Positions 33,691 through 45,200 of a DNA stretch of 64,000 nucleotides are shown here, in pieces. A model generated the notes under the pieces. That model was not told where the DNA came from. It searched no databases and was given only the letters and a program-made list of their open reading frames with translations. This DNA is from Sminthopsis crassicaudata. Its lineage: Eukaryota. The stretch covers positions 639,508,558-639,572,557 of the forward strand of contig NC_133619.1 of the NCBI RefSeq assembly GCF_048593235.1. Direction: 5' to 3'. Both the position numbers and the translations under genes were made by a program. Position 1 is the first letter of the stretch; the number at the start of each line of letters is the position of its first letter.

Positions 33691-35187
33691 TCAGCCGCTG
33701 CCCGCCAGGCTCTTGAGGGCGGGGTTGGGGTATTCCGGGTTCTCGATGGCGCCGGGCCCGAACTTGAGCTCCAGGAAGCGGCGGTAGTTGTTGGGGGCCT
33801 GGGCCAAGAAGCCGGCGAACTGCAGGGGCACCAGCGGGTGCAGGAAGTGCTCGGGGAACTCCACGTCCTGCCGGTGGTCGAGCCACGTGTCCTTGGTCAT
33901 GACGCCGTTGCGGGGGTAGAAGGGCCACAGGTCCACGTGCAGGTGGTTGGTCTCGCTGTACTGGACCCGGAAGAAGTCCCCCTCCACGGCCTTCTCCCAC
34001 ACGAAGCCCCGCTCGTCCACCACCGAGCCGGCCTCGGCCCCCCGCAGCTGCTCGCAGTTGGCCACGTCCTCCAGGTAGATGCCCAGGTCCACGTCGTAGT
34101 CCCAGGGGATGATGTCGCCGTGGCGCACGGCGCCCAGCAGGCTGCCCCCCTCCAGCCAGTAGCGCACGCGGGCGGCCTCCAGGACGCCCACCACGTGGCG
34201 CGCGGTCTCGCGGAGGGCCTGCAGGCAGCAGGGCGGCGTCCAGCGGCCCTCGTAGAGGTAGGAGGGGGTGTCGCCCACCACCGTGTCGAAGCACCGGGTC
34301 GTCTCCTTGCCGCAGCCGAACCACTCCTGCCGGCCGCCCTCCCAGCTCACCAGCCGCATGTCCAGCGTCCGCAGCAGCGCCTCCCGCCGGGCGCGCCCCT
34401 CCTTCTCGGCCTTCCAGCGGGCGTGGGCCGTGGCCAGGGGGGGCTGCCGGGCGGGGGCGAAGGGCAGGTCCAGGAGGCGCACCGACCACCCGCGGACCGA
34501 GGTCTGCAGGAAGAGGCCGGTGCTCATGGGCCGGGCCAGGGGGGCCGAGAGGTTGAAGAGGTCGCGGGTGCGGACCACCACCACCACCTCCCCGTCCAGC
34601 GCGTCGCAGAAGGGCGGGTCCGGGGCCGGTCCGTAGCTGGCCGTCCACTCGCGCACGTTCACCTCCAGCGCCAGGCAGTGGGGAGGGTTCGCGGTGGCCA
34701 CGGGGGCGGCCACCAGGCGGGCGTGGGTGTTCCTCAGCTCCTCCGCCATGCGCTGGAGCTGCCCGGGGGTCTCCGCTCGTGTGCCATCGGGTACCAGGGC
34801 CACGAACTCCGTGTCCACGTACGTCTCGGGCTGCGAGGCGGCCGCCGGCCGATCCAGGGAGGGCCGGAGCAGGGCCAGCCGCACGTTGGGGACGGCCGGC
34901 AGGGCCAGGGGCGGGTAGGGGAGCGTGTCGGCCGCCACCACGATGGGCTGGCTGGGGTCCAGGTGCAGGAAGGAGGCCACCACCTCGGGCACCGCGTTGT
35001 CGAAGGCTTCGAACTCTCGGATGAGGACGGTGACCCGGGGGTCGGGGGCCGAGTGGGCGAGGCGGGGGGGCCGGACCGCCCGCCCCCCCCGCCGACGCTG
35101 CTGCTGCAGCCGGGACACGTAGAAGAAGACGAGGAGGTTGAGGACGATGGCGGCCGCCAGCGCGACCTGGCACCGGGTGAGACGCAT
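33691..35187 (-). CDS. FKRP: Fukutin-related protein (ribitol-5-phosphate transferase), 498 aa, single coding exon
   Basis: [26 protein letters not shown]-terminal TM, zinc-finger cysteines (WFGC..TRCF..PPCC), LicD/NTase motif [25 protein letters not shown]-terminus [13 protein letters not shown]; splice acceptor after a polypyrimidine tract at 35230-35229. Confidence 0.98.
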   Translation of the reverse strand: MRLTRCQVALAAAIVLNLLVFFYVSRLQQQRRRGGRAVRPPRLAHSAPDPRVTVLIREFEAFDNAVPEVVASFLHLDPSQPIVVAADTLPYPPLALPAVPNVRLALLRPSLDRPAAASQPETYVDTEFVALVPDGTRAETPGQLQRMAEELRNTHARLVAAPVATANPPHCLALEVNVREWTASYGPAPDPPFCDALDGEVVVVVRTRDLFNLSAPLARPMSTGLFLQTSVRGWSVRLLDLPFAPARQPPLATAHARWKAEKEGRARREALLRTLDMRLVSWEGGRQEWFGCGKETTRCFDTVVGDTPSYLYEGRWTPPCCLQALRETARHVVGVLEAARVRYWLEGGSLLGAVRHGDIIPWDYDVDLGIYLEDVANCEQLRGAEAGSVVDERGFVWEKAVEGDFFRVQYSETNHLHVDLWPFYPRNGVMTKDTWLDHRQDVEFPEHFLHPLVPLQFAGFLAQAPNNYRRFLELKFGPGAIENPEYPNPALKSLAGSG

Positions 35188-36757
35188 CTGGCTTTCGAAA
35201 GTGGGGCTAGCCCTGGGATCCTGGCAGCCTGGGGGAGTTGGAGGGGGGAAAGGCGGGGAGACGGTGAGGCCGGGCTCACCCCCCAAACTCCCCTTCCTCC
35301 CCTCCCTCCAACACGTCCCCTCCAGCAGCCCACCCTGACTGACTCCCTAAGGAGAGCAGGGTTCGGAGCTCTTTTACCAAGGAAACTGAGGCGTGAGAGG
35401 GCCATTAGCTCGTGGCTCTCCCAGCAGCCAAGCCCTAGCTCAGCGCCGCATCTGGTCCTGCGGGGGGGGGGGGGGGTCCCTGTTCCAATTTACGCCCCTC
35501 GTAAACAGCTCGCCAATCCTGGCCCAGCCGCGGTGTCCCGGAGCACAGGGCCCCGCCTTCCCGGGGGTCTGCTGCGGGTCTCCCACGTGCCAGGACTTCA
35601 TGCTCCTCCCCAGGACTGAATTCTGCTCCTTTCTTCTGTCCCTCTCCAGAGCCCCAGCCCCCCTCAGGGAAGCCAGCCTCTCCACTCTCCCTGGGAGGAT
35701 GACTCAGTGCCCAGCCCTAAGCCCCGGGGCAGGGACCAGAGAATGGAGGCTGAGTTCTGGAAGAGGCCGGCAAGCCTGTTTCCACCCAGGGCCGCTGAAG
35801 GGAAGCGGCCTCATTCCGAAGCCCCCCAGAGGCCCCAGTGGCTGCTCCATTCCTCTTCTACACGGGGTCTGGACCCAGGTGGGCAGGTGCTCCTGGAGGA
35901 GGGGCAGGCGTTCCCGGAGGAGGGGCTGGCTCACTGTCGGCAGCCTGGGCTCCCTGCGCCTTCTCCCCAGCCGTGCCCAGACTGGTCCCAGCAGCCTCAG
36001 CCAGCCCAAGGAAGCTTCCTCGTCTCTGCCCTCAGCCCCGAAAACCAGCTTCCTTCCCAGGCCTCTCCTACGGAGCCCGGCTGGTCCCAGGACACGAGTA
36101 TTTAAAGGCCTCGAGCCAGGGGGCAAGCTCACTGACTGTGGAGGCTCCCTGCTACCCCACAGGCTAACCCCGCCAACTCCTGGGGCTCTGAGCCCCTACA
36201 GAGAGCATCTGGGGATCACTGAGTCCTATTATTTTACTGATAGGGAGACTGAGGCATAGAAGGGAAGGGTTCTGGGTAAGTTGCCCGAACAGTGGGAACA
36301 GCCTCCCCTCTGTGAACTCATCACCAAGGAGTGCCCCCCGGGAGCGAGACCCTGGGCTGGGGCAGGGGAGGCGGAATGGGGGGCAGGGAGAAGGGTCTGG
36401 CCCAGTGCCAGGCCTCTCTGGAAGGTCAGTCTAGGAGGGAGACGAGACAGACACAGACAACTACCGTACCAGTGGACTGCTGGATCGAGCGGGGACGTTA
36501 GACGTCATCTCCAAGGCCCTGGTGGCAATCCTAGCTCTGACCCTGACTTCCCGCGTGCCCTTAGGGAAAGTCCCTTCCTCTCTCTGGGCCTCAGTTTCCC
36601 CGTCTGTAAAAGGGATGTTCTGGTTCTTTGAAGGTCTAGGATGCTGAGAAATGAGGGTGGGCATCGTGGTAAAGGGAGAGTGGCCTCCCCCAGACCCGCT
36701 CCAGCCCAGTCTCTATCCTAGTCCAGCAGGCCCGAGATTGGGGGCCCCAGAGCTTAC

Positions 36758-36880
36758 CTTTTTAGGACAGAGGAGTATAGAAATCCCCAAGGCTGACTGC
36801 TTTTCCTTCTGAAGAGTTAGGAAGGGAAAAAACCTGAGTTAGATGCGATTTGGGGACCCCGCTCTCAGGTCTCCTATCCC
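36758..36880 (-). other. FKRP: Candidate internal non-coding FKRP exon
   Basis: Strong donor AAG|GTAAGC on minus (GT at 36757-36756); caaatcgcatctaactc resembles the human FKRP 5'UTR as I recall it; acceptor not defined. Confidence 0.3.
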
Positions 36881-36988
36881 CTCAGGTGTACCCCAGTGAG
36901 CCGCCCCCCTTGAAAGGGACAGGGCTGATTTTCTGCCTGGCGCAGCTGACGGGGGAAGGGAACGACTTGGCCTCTCCTTAAAGGGGGA

Positions 36989-37831
36989 GTAACCACTGGT
37001 AACTTCCCTTCCCCCTTTGGCATCAGTCTAGAATTAGGAAAGGGGTAAGTGGAAAAGAGGGAGTAACCCATAGCAAACTGCCTCTCCCTCCCAACCCTGA
37101 GTGGGTCTGGACACCTTAAGAGAGACTGAGAAGAGCCTGTTACCACAGCAACCATCCTTCCTCATCAGGACCCCTTCCCAATCCTCGCCCCAGCTTGTTA
37201 CCCATTATAGTGGGGGGGGGTTATGGCAATCACCCTTTCTTTCTTTGGGCATTAGCTCACTGGGGTCTAGGTGTGGTACTGGGCCTGGATACCATAGCAA
37301 CCAACAGAGGTAGGGATGGACTCAGCAGATATCTGGGAAGGGGCAAGATTAAGGGGACCATGGTAACAGCTCTATAGTGGTTCCCATGGCAACTGGCCTA
37401 GGAGAATGGGGGTAGGGCCACTGATCCTGGCCCAGGGTATCCTCAAGTTCTGGGGGAGAGGAGAGAATAAGGTAAGGGTTTGAAATCATGGCAAACAAGC
37501 AGGTTGGGGGGGGGGAGATTGGCTGGGGGTTGGAGAAGAGCCTCCCTGAGGCCGGCAGGATTGCTATGGCAACCCATGGGGGGGGGAGGGATCCAGGATT
37601 GGCAATTTGTAGTACCCAGGGTGGGCAGGATAGAGGGGTAGTGTGAAGGGTCATAGTTGCTATGGCAACCGCGGGGGATCCAAGAGACAGCGTGCAGACT
37701 GGTTCCCTGTTTCTATAGCAACCATTTAAGGATGGAGAGAAAGAGCTCTAAGGAGGGGCTGGAACGGGAGGGGGCCAAGGAGAGGTGGGCTGGATTCGAG
37801 ATTGGGAAGGCCTCTCGGTTGCTAAAGTAAC
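36989..37831. promoter_or_regulatory. Homotypic cluster of about 10 RFX X-box-like motifs
   Basis: GTTGCTATGGCAAC (37656), GTTCCCATGGCAAC (37380), GTTTCTATAGCAAC (37709), ATTGCTATGGCAAC (37560), GATACCATAGCAAC (37288), GTTACCACAGCAAC (37139), GTTGCTAAAGTAAC (37818) and others. Confidence 0.75.
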
Positions 37832-38186
37832 CGGGGCGAGGGGCGGAGCCGGGAGGATAGACCGGCTGGGATGCCGGGTAGGAGGCTGAGGGGAGGGGTG
37901 TCAAAGGGCTAGGACCAAGGGCAGCCCTCCCGGCGCGCGGCCGCCGCCCTGCGCGCCTCCCTCGGGGGCTGAAAGCGCGCGTGCGCGGGCTGGCGCGCGG
38001 AGGTAGGGCGCGAGGCTCCTCCCCCCTCCCTCATCCCCGCGGGCTCGAGCGCGCGTGCGCGCGTGCAACCGCCGTCCGCGAGGGAGGCGCGCGGGGCAGG
38101 AGGCGGCCCGCGAGGGCGCGCGCGCGCTCCAGCCGCCGGCCTCCATGATGGAGGAGCGAGCGGCCCCCGCCGCCGCCGCCGCCGCA

Positions 38187-38218
<32 letters not shown>

Positions 38219-39250
38219 GACCGCCCCCGCCTGCCGCCCGCCGGCCCCCAGCCCCGCCAAGGGCGGCGGGGGCGGCGGGGGCGGGGCCGGCGGGGGGAGC
38301 CCCGGGGCGGGCCCCGAGCCGCTGAGCCTGCCCGGCATCCTGCACTTCATCCAGCACGAGTGGGCGCGCTTCGAGGCGGAGAAGGCGCGCTGGGAGGCCG
38401 AGCGGGCCGAGCTGCAGGTGAGCCGCCCCCGGCCCGGGCCGCCGCCGCCCCCGCCCCCGCCCCCCCGGCCCAGGGCCCGCCCCCGCCCGGCCCGCCCCCC
38501 GCCGTTGCCCGAGCCCCGGGCCCCTCACCCGCCGCCGCTGCCGCCGCCGCCGCCGCCATCTTGGAGAGCAATGGCCGCCACCCCCCCTCCCCGCGGGAGG
38601 GAGCGGAGTGGGGAGGGGAGGGGGAGCGGGGAGCGACCCCCCCACGGCCGGGCTCGAGCTCCTGCGGGAGAGGGGGGAGCGGGGAGCGCCCCCCAGGTCC
38701 GGCCTCGAACTCCTGCGGAGGAGGAGAAGGCTGGACCGCGGAAAGTGCCCCCACCACTCACCGTGGGAGGGGGAATGACCCTCTAAGCCCCGGGGAAGGA
38801 GACGCGGAGACCCCCACCCCAGCTCTCCCCCACCCTCTGTCCTTCCTAACGCGAATCACCGGGTGAGAAGTGAGACTGGGGGGCCGGCGCCCCCCACAAT
38901 GGGGAATGCGGGGACCGGGGAACTCCCCCCTCCCGCGTTCGGGGCCTGTTGGAATGGAGGAGGGGAAAGGGAAGGAGTGGGTAGGGGGGGGGCCCTTGCC
39001 CCCACCGCCGGAGCTTTCGGGCCTTGGGGAAGAAGTGGGAGAAGTAGCTCTGCACCGGGATTTGCTTGCAGGTGGGCGTGAAGGCGGCGTCCCGCCTCCG
39101 GAAGTGCCCGGCGCCCCTTTACCCGAGGCTGCTTTCGGGGGGGAGCCCCAATGTGCTGCTTCCTGCTGAGAGGGGGAGGGGTCCCAGCCGGGCCGGGACC
39201 CTGAGCGTCCCAGCAGTGACAGGAGCAAGGCCCGGGGGGCGGGGCTCCTG
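37830..39250. promoter_or_regulatory. Shared STRN4/FKRP CpG-island promoter (NRF1-like, YY1 and ETS motifs)
   Basis: GCGCGTGCGC repeats near 37976 and 38050; YY1 GCCGCCATCTTG at about 38551-38563; CCGGAAGTG at 39098-39106. Confidence 0.75.
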
Positions 39251-42200
39251 CAGCAGCGTATTCTTGTGGCTTCCATTCTAGTTTTCTCCATACCCCTAAA
39301 GATAGATTCTCCCTCCCTCCTCCCAGGCAGCAAACACGCCTGTAAATGCAAGCAGGGACCGGCCTTGAAAACATTGCTGGATTTGTCACCTTGGGCAGGA
39401 AAATCTGACTCTAAAAAGGGATAATGGGGAGGAAGAAAAAGGAAGCAGGTGAAAGCTGGGCCTGCTTCTCCCGAGGCTCCTCCCCAGGCTCCTCCCCAGG
39501 CCAGGGAGCACTTTGTTGTCAGAGACCTCCCGGGCGGGCGGTGGACTCGGGGCCCTCTGCCGGACCGCCCGGACCCTCCCTTTGGGCCTGCAATGGCTCG
39601 TCTTTATCTGAGGGGCCGGGGACACTCCCCGGGCCCTTCTCTCCTGGCCTTTGTGAAGTGCTTTATGTACCACCCGCCCAGGGGCCTCCGACTCCCGGCT
39701 TTTCCCGGGCCGGCTCCCAGGGATTGAGTCCGCTTTCCAGGAGGGCTGCAGAGGAGAGGAGAAGGCTGCTGGGAGCCGGCCTCCGGGAGCCCTGCGAGGC
39801 GTGACAAGGGTGCGGGCTGTTGTCCGAGGCCAGCCTCAGGGTCTCAGACCAGATGGGTGGGCAGCGTGGGCCACAGCATGGGCGTCCTGAAGACGGGGAC
39901 TGTTCTGGCATCATGAGGGGACTCGGGGACATATTCGGATCTCCCATGTAGCTTTGTGATCAGGAGCATTCACCTGATGGGTGAATCTCCTACTAAGTGA
40001 GGATCTTAAGACATTAAACACCTACTGTGTGCTAGAGATCCAAAGGGGAAAAAGTAAAAGTCCCTCCCTCCGAGGAGACAGCAGCCTGTCAGCGTCCCTG
40101 AGGCACGGTGCAGCGTTTTTGGAAGAGCCTTCCATGCATTTGGGAGGAAAAGTAGTTCTGAGAGCAGGAGGCAGAAGGCCGACCCTGGCGGTCGCTCCCT
40201 TCCAGGGGGCGGAGGTGGGGTGACCGTTAGGGCTCCCTTCACCCAGGAGAGGGAGCCTGGCTTAGTCACCAGCCAGCTGGTGTCTCTCAGACAGGAAGGA
40301 GAGAGAGGAACAGCAGGAAGGGAAGTGGGAGACGGTTCTCAGCTCTGACTGGGTGGGTGGGAGTCTGGGAACCTGGGACCCTGCAAAGAGAGGGGGTGAA
40401 TGTGGGGGGATGTATGTGTGTGCCCATGGGCAGTGTGAGTGTGCCCAGCCCTGGGCAGGGACTGGCATCCCCCTCACCTCCCCTTCCCGCTGGGGGCCTC
40501 CTCACCCCCTTGGTTGACAGAATCGAGGGTGATTTCAGGAAGTTGGGGTTCGGGGGAAAGTGTGATCCTCAAGGTGGGAGGGAAGAGGAAGAGGAGGCCT
40601 TAGTGAGAGCTCTTTGGGCCCTGTAGCTTTTTCTGGTGATTTATTGCCCCCCCCCGGCCCTGCCCTTCTGTCCGGTGCTGGGTGAGTGGGCAGGACTAGA
40701 CCTCGAGGAGGGGGCTGCTCCACGCCGAGCCCTTACAAGAGGTTTCAGAGAGACCCTGGGCCCACGGCTCTGGTTCTACAAGCGGGAAGGCAGGAAGCTC
40801 CTGGGAGGGCAAGTGCAGGGCCCGCTTTCAGCAGGTGTGGATGCGGAGTTTGGGCTGGGAAGCAGAAGGGTCGGTGTGTGGGCAGGCCAGAAGCCTTCCA
40901 GCTGGAGTTGCAGAGAGGGGGACTGAGTAAAAGCGTCATTTGGCGACTTGAGTGGGGATGTGGATGTAGGGTAAGGATGCTGGGGAGGGAAAGCGCCCTA
41001 GTCCGGGGCTGGACCCCTCCTAACCGGGGTGGACAGCATGGTGGAGGGCAGATGCTGGGGGAGCCTCCTCCCAAAGCAAGGGGTCACAGAGTCTTAATCT
41101 TGGACCTGGAAGGGCCTCCCAGAGTGTCTTGTCTCTTAAAGCGCCTCTCCCCTGGCCTCCCCTCGAGCCTCTTGGTTGGGGGCGTCCTGTAAAGCGGGCC
41201 CCAGGTGAGGCTCGGCTCGGCGTTACCCAGCAGCCCTTCGGCTTGTGGGGGGTTGCTGTGGTCATCCAGAGAGCCTGGGCCAGGCCTAGGAGGAGCTGGT
41301 GGTAACAAGGACCTCCGGGCAGGCGGCTCAGCCGGGGAATAGCGAGCCGGGCTCTTCTCGGCAGCAGTTCTCTGCTAAAGGCTTCCAGAGAGCGGGCACT
41401 CCCTCCTTCCTCCTCCTCCGGCCATGCAGGCCATAGCGATTTAGAGGCTCTGTGCCTTACGTTGCTTTGACCCCGGAAGTGTCGCGTTGGGAAGGGTTTC
41501 TCCTGCCCCTGACTTCTCTTTGTTTCCTCCTCTCAGGCCCAGGTGGCTTTTCTCCAAGGGGAGAGAAAGGGACAGGAGAACCTTAAGACAGACCTGGTTC
41601 GGCGGATCAAAATGCTAGAGTTTGCACTGAAGCAGGAACGGTGGGTGAGCTTCCCCTCCCCCTGCCCACATACCCCGGCTCTCCTTGGCAGAATCGGAGC
41701 CAGAAGGAGTGCGGGGGCCCCTGGCTCCGCCGACGGGCTGGCCCAGGACTGTGACGGGGCTGCGTGGGGAGAGCGGTTCTGCCGGCTGGCAGCGTGGAGG
41801 CCCTGTCTGGACTGCACAGCCTGGCCACGTTAGTGCCACGCCAAAGCCGTGGCCGAGGGCACGAGAAGTCCCTGCTTCCAGAGGGCTTTTGTCCTCTGCT
41901 TGGGGAGCCTGGATATATAACCAGCTAGAGGGCTAGAAAACCATGGGGAAATCCAGGAACGAGAAGTGGCCTGGATACACAAGCACTGAGAGCCTCGTCT
42001 AAAGCTGCAGTGGCTTCTGCTCCGACCTCTTTGTTTTCTGGGGCCACAGAGGCTAGCTGCTTGCCCAGGGTGGGGCAGGGCAGGGGTCCTAGCTGCCAAT
42101 TGTGCCCCTGCTGCAGGCCGGCCTTCTCCCGGGTGGTGAGGAGGGATCACTGTACGGTGCTTGGCTTTGGAATGGTGGCTTTCTGGAGCTTTCCGTGCCA

Positions 42201-45200
42201 GCATTAGCCTCTTCACAGTGGGAGCCCAGCTCCCGGGAGGGGGAGCCTGTTATTTCCCAAGGTGTCCCCTTGGGTGCCACTGGTTGTCAGGAAGATTTTC
42301 TTCATATTGATCCGAAGCCAGCCTCTCCGAGGCGCCCGGGCTCCTCGCTCTGCCCTTGGGGCATGAAGTCTGGCCCTGGCAGCGGTGCCCGCGGCCCTCT
42401 GAAGCCCGCTGTCTTCCAGGCCCCACTGCCCCCGCCCTCACATTTCTGAAGGGCTGTCAGCATCCCTCCTCCCCCCACTCTTGGGGGGACATCCAGGAGG
42501 CTGCAGTTTTGGGGACGGAGAGTTGTGGCTCACCCTGGGGCGGGAGCTGGGGGCCCTTAAGGGCTTATTTTACAGATGAGGAAACTGAGGCTCCTCTCTG
42601 CCCAGGTGGCTAGGCAGCCCTGCTTCCTCAGGAGCTGCCCCTAGAGCTTCCCCTAACCCAAGCCCCTGCCCCATCACAAAGTCTCCCTGGGAGGACTTGG
42701 AGGTGGTTCTGGGCGCCTTTACCTCCTTGAGCAGTCAGTCTGGAGACGTCCAGGAAAGGTAGCACCAAGGCAGTGACGAATAGTGAAATGAGAGGGAGGC
42801 CCTGAAATTCCCCTGGCAACCCAGACCGCCACCCTCCTTTTCCTTTGGGGGAAGGCTAAGGACTTGTCCAAGGTCACCAGACTCTAAGTTCAGGGCCTCG
42901 AATGCCCAGCCTGCCTTCCTAGAGGCCCTCCCAGCTTTTGAGTTTGAATTAATTGAGCAGTTCCAAAATTCTTTGGGGTCAGGACCCCCTTACACTCTAG
43001 TGCCCTCCCTTCGGAGCTTTGGCGTACTCGTCTGTTTAGAAATGAAAGTGCATTGGCTCACTGAAGCTGGCCTCCCTGACAGCCTCCTTTCTTCTAGAGC
43101 CAAGTATCACAAACTGAAGTTTGGGACGGAATCAAACCAAGGGGAGAAGAAGTCGGAGGTGCTGGAGCAAGGTGTGTGTGGAGCGGACTCCTGGAAGCAG
43201 GGACCAGCCTTCTTAGGGAGGCAGATTGGCGGGGCCGGGGCTCCTTCCCAAGCCCCTGGGTGGGTGGGGGCCTTGTGGGGGGGGGGTGGCCGCTGTCCTG
43301 AGCCCCTCTCTCTCTGCTCAGTTCCCAATGGGCCTGTGGAGTCAGTCTCCTTGGAGAGCAGCCAGCTGGTGTGGAAGGAAGGCCGGCAGCTGCTCCGACA
43401 GTGAGTGTCTAGAGGGTGCAGGGCGGCCCAAAAGGCCTCTGAAGGCTGCAGGGGTGAGCTTCTGAAAGAGCTGGGGAGGTCCTGGGTGAGGAGCCTTTCC
43501 CAGCTCCCATCCTCCCTGCGGCTGAGCCTCTTCCGAGAGCCTCGTAGCTCCCGCTTTGATCCTCCCTCCCTGGGCTGAGGGAGGGGGAGCAGCGAGAAGA
43601 GGGAAGAACTTTCCTGGGAGGTGCCCCCCTTGTCTGAGAGGAGGCCCCTGCCTTCTCCTCGTTGGCTTTGCCTCAGGTCTGGAGCTTCTGAGCCCTTTAG
43701 AGGTTTCCCCCCAGACCACCTTCCTTCCTCCTTCCTCAAAGGTACTTGGAGGAGGTGGGCTACACAGACACCATCTTGGATATGCGTTCGAAGCGCGTGC
43801 GCTCACTGCTGGGCCGCTCCGTGGAGCTGAACGGGGCAGCCGAGCCTGGTGATAGCAGCCCTGGAGGGCTTCCCACAGGGGAGTCGGTGCTGGCCAAGCA
43901 GATCGAGGAGCAGATCAAGAGGTGAGGGCTCTGCCTTGCGTCCCGATTCTGCCTGGGTCTGCCCTTCGCTTCCCTTTCCTTCCCCAAAGCTGATTGCTGG
44001 CCGCATCAAGCTTCGGGGGACGTTCGTTTAGTGCCTACTATGTGCCAGGCATTGTGGTGCATCTGATCTCCGGCAGGCGGGTTTGGGTGTTTCCATAGTC
44101 ATGGCTCAGTCTCTGGATTTACCAAACATTATGTGTGGGGAGTGGGCTCTTGCAGAGAGTGTCCCCCGCCCACAGCAGCAGCCAAGTCAGGAGGGGGCCT
44201 AGGACCAAAGAGCCCAGCCAGGGCAAACTTCGTTCTGCTGGGGATTTAGGCCACGTCTTCCCCAGGCTCCCCCCGGGTTTCAGCAGTCTGGCTTGGGAGG
44301 GGGTGGGTGGGCTCGGGGTACGGGATGAGCTCTGGCTACATCCCCTCACTTGTGTCTTGGGCAGGAATGCTGCAGGCAAGGAAGGTGCAGAGCGGCTGGG
44401 AAGCTCCGTGCTGGAGAAGATCCCATTCCTGCAGAATTGTGAGGAAGAGGACAGCGACGAGGAGGAGGAGCTGGAGAGCATGCAGCCCAAGAAGCAACGG
44501 GTCAAGGTGTGCCGACCTGGCAGCCTGGGGCAGCCTCTGGCCTAGCCGCAGGAGGGCGGGAGTGAGGGAGGCCAACCTTGGGCCCAGCCCGCCTTGGGCT
44601 CACTTCAGGCCCGGCCCGCTTTGGGCCCAGGACAGGCTCAGGCCTGGTCTCAGCCTGCCTTGGCCTCAGGCCCAAGTCTGCCAGTCTCGGGCCTAGCCCA
44701 CCTTGGGCTCATCTCAGGACCAGCTTCAGGCTCAGGCTCAGGACAGTCTCAGGCCTGGTCCCTGCCCATCTGGGGCTCTGGCCTGGCCTGTCTCGGCCTT
44801 AGGCCTGGCTTGCTTTAGGCTTAGGACAGGCTTAGGACAGTCTCAGGCCTGGATCCGGCCCACTTTGGCCTCAGGCCCGGCCCACTTTGGGCTTCTTTTA
44901 GGTAGGCCCTAACTCAGTCCTCGGAGTATTAAGGTCCAGCAAGGTACAGAAGACACAGCAAGGAGGGGAGGTCTGAGATGGGAGGGAAGTGGCAGGTGGT
45001 GTTGGTTTCTCTGAACTGGGACCCTGGGTTCGAGTTTTAGTTGGAGGCCCATCAGGTCGGTTTCCTGATTGTTGGTTTGTTTCTTTGAGTGATGCAGGGG
45101 GTCACTTAAGCTGGCTGAGGGGCCTGTTCATTCTGGTCTTCAGGCATTCTGTGGTTGATGCCTTTGAGGGGGAGTGGGTTACACGAGCCAGGTCTCATGT

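Noticed and set aside
33484-35619. 711-aa plus-strand ORF and 540-aa alternative-frame ORF over FKRP
   Set aside because: Antisense and off-frame shadows of a GC3-rich coding exon, which naturally lacks stops; no recognisable protein.
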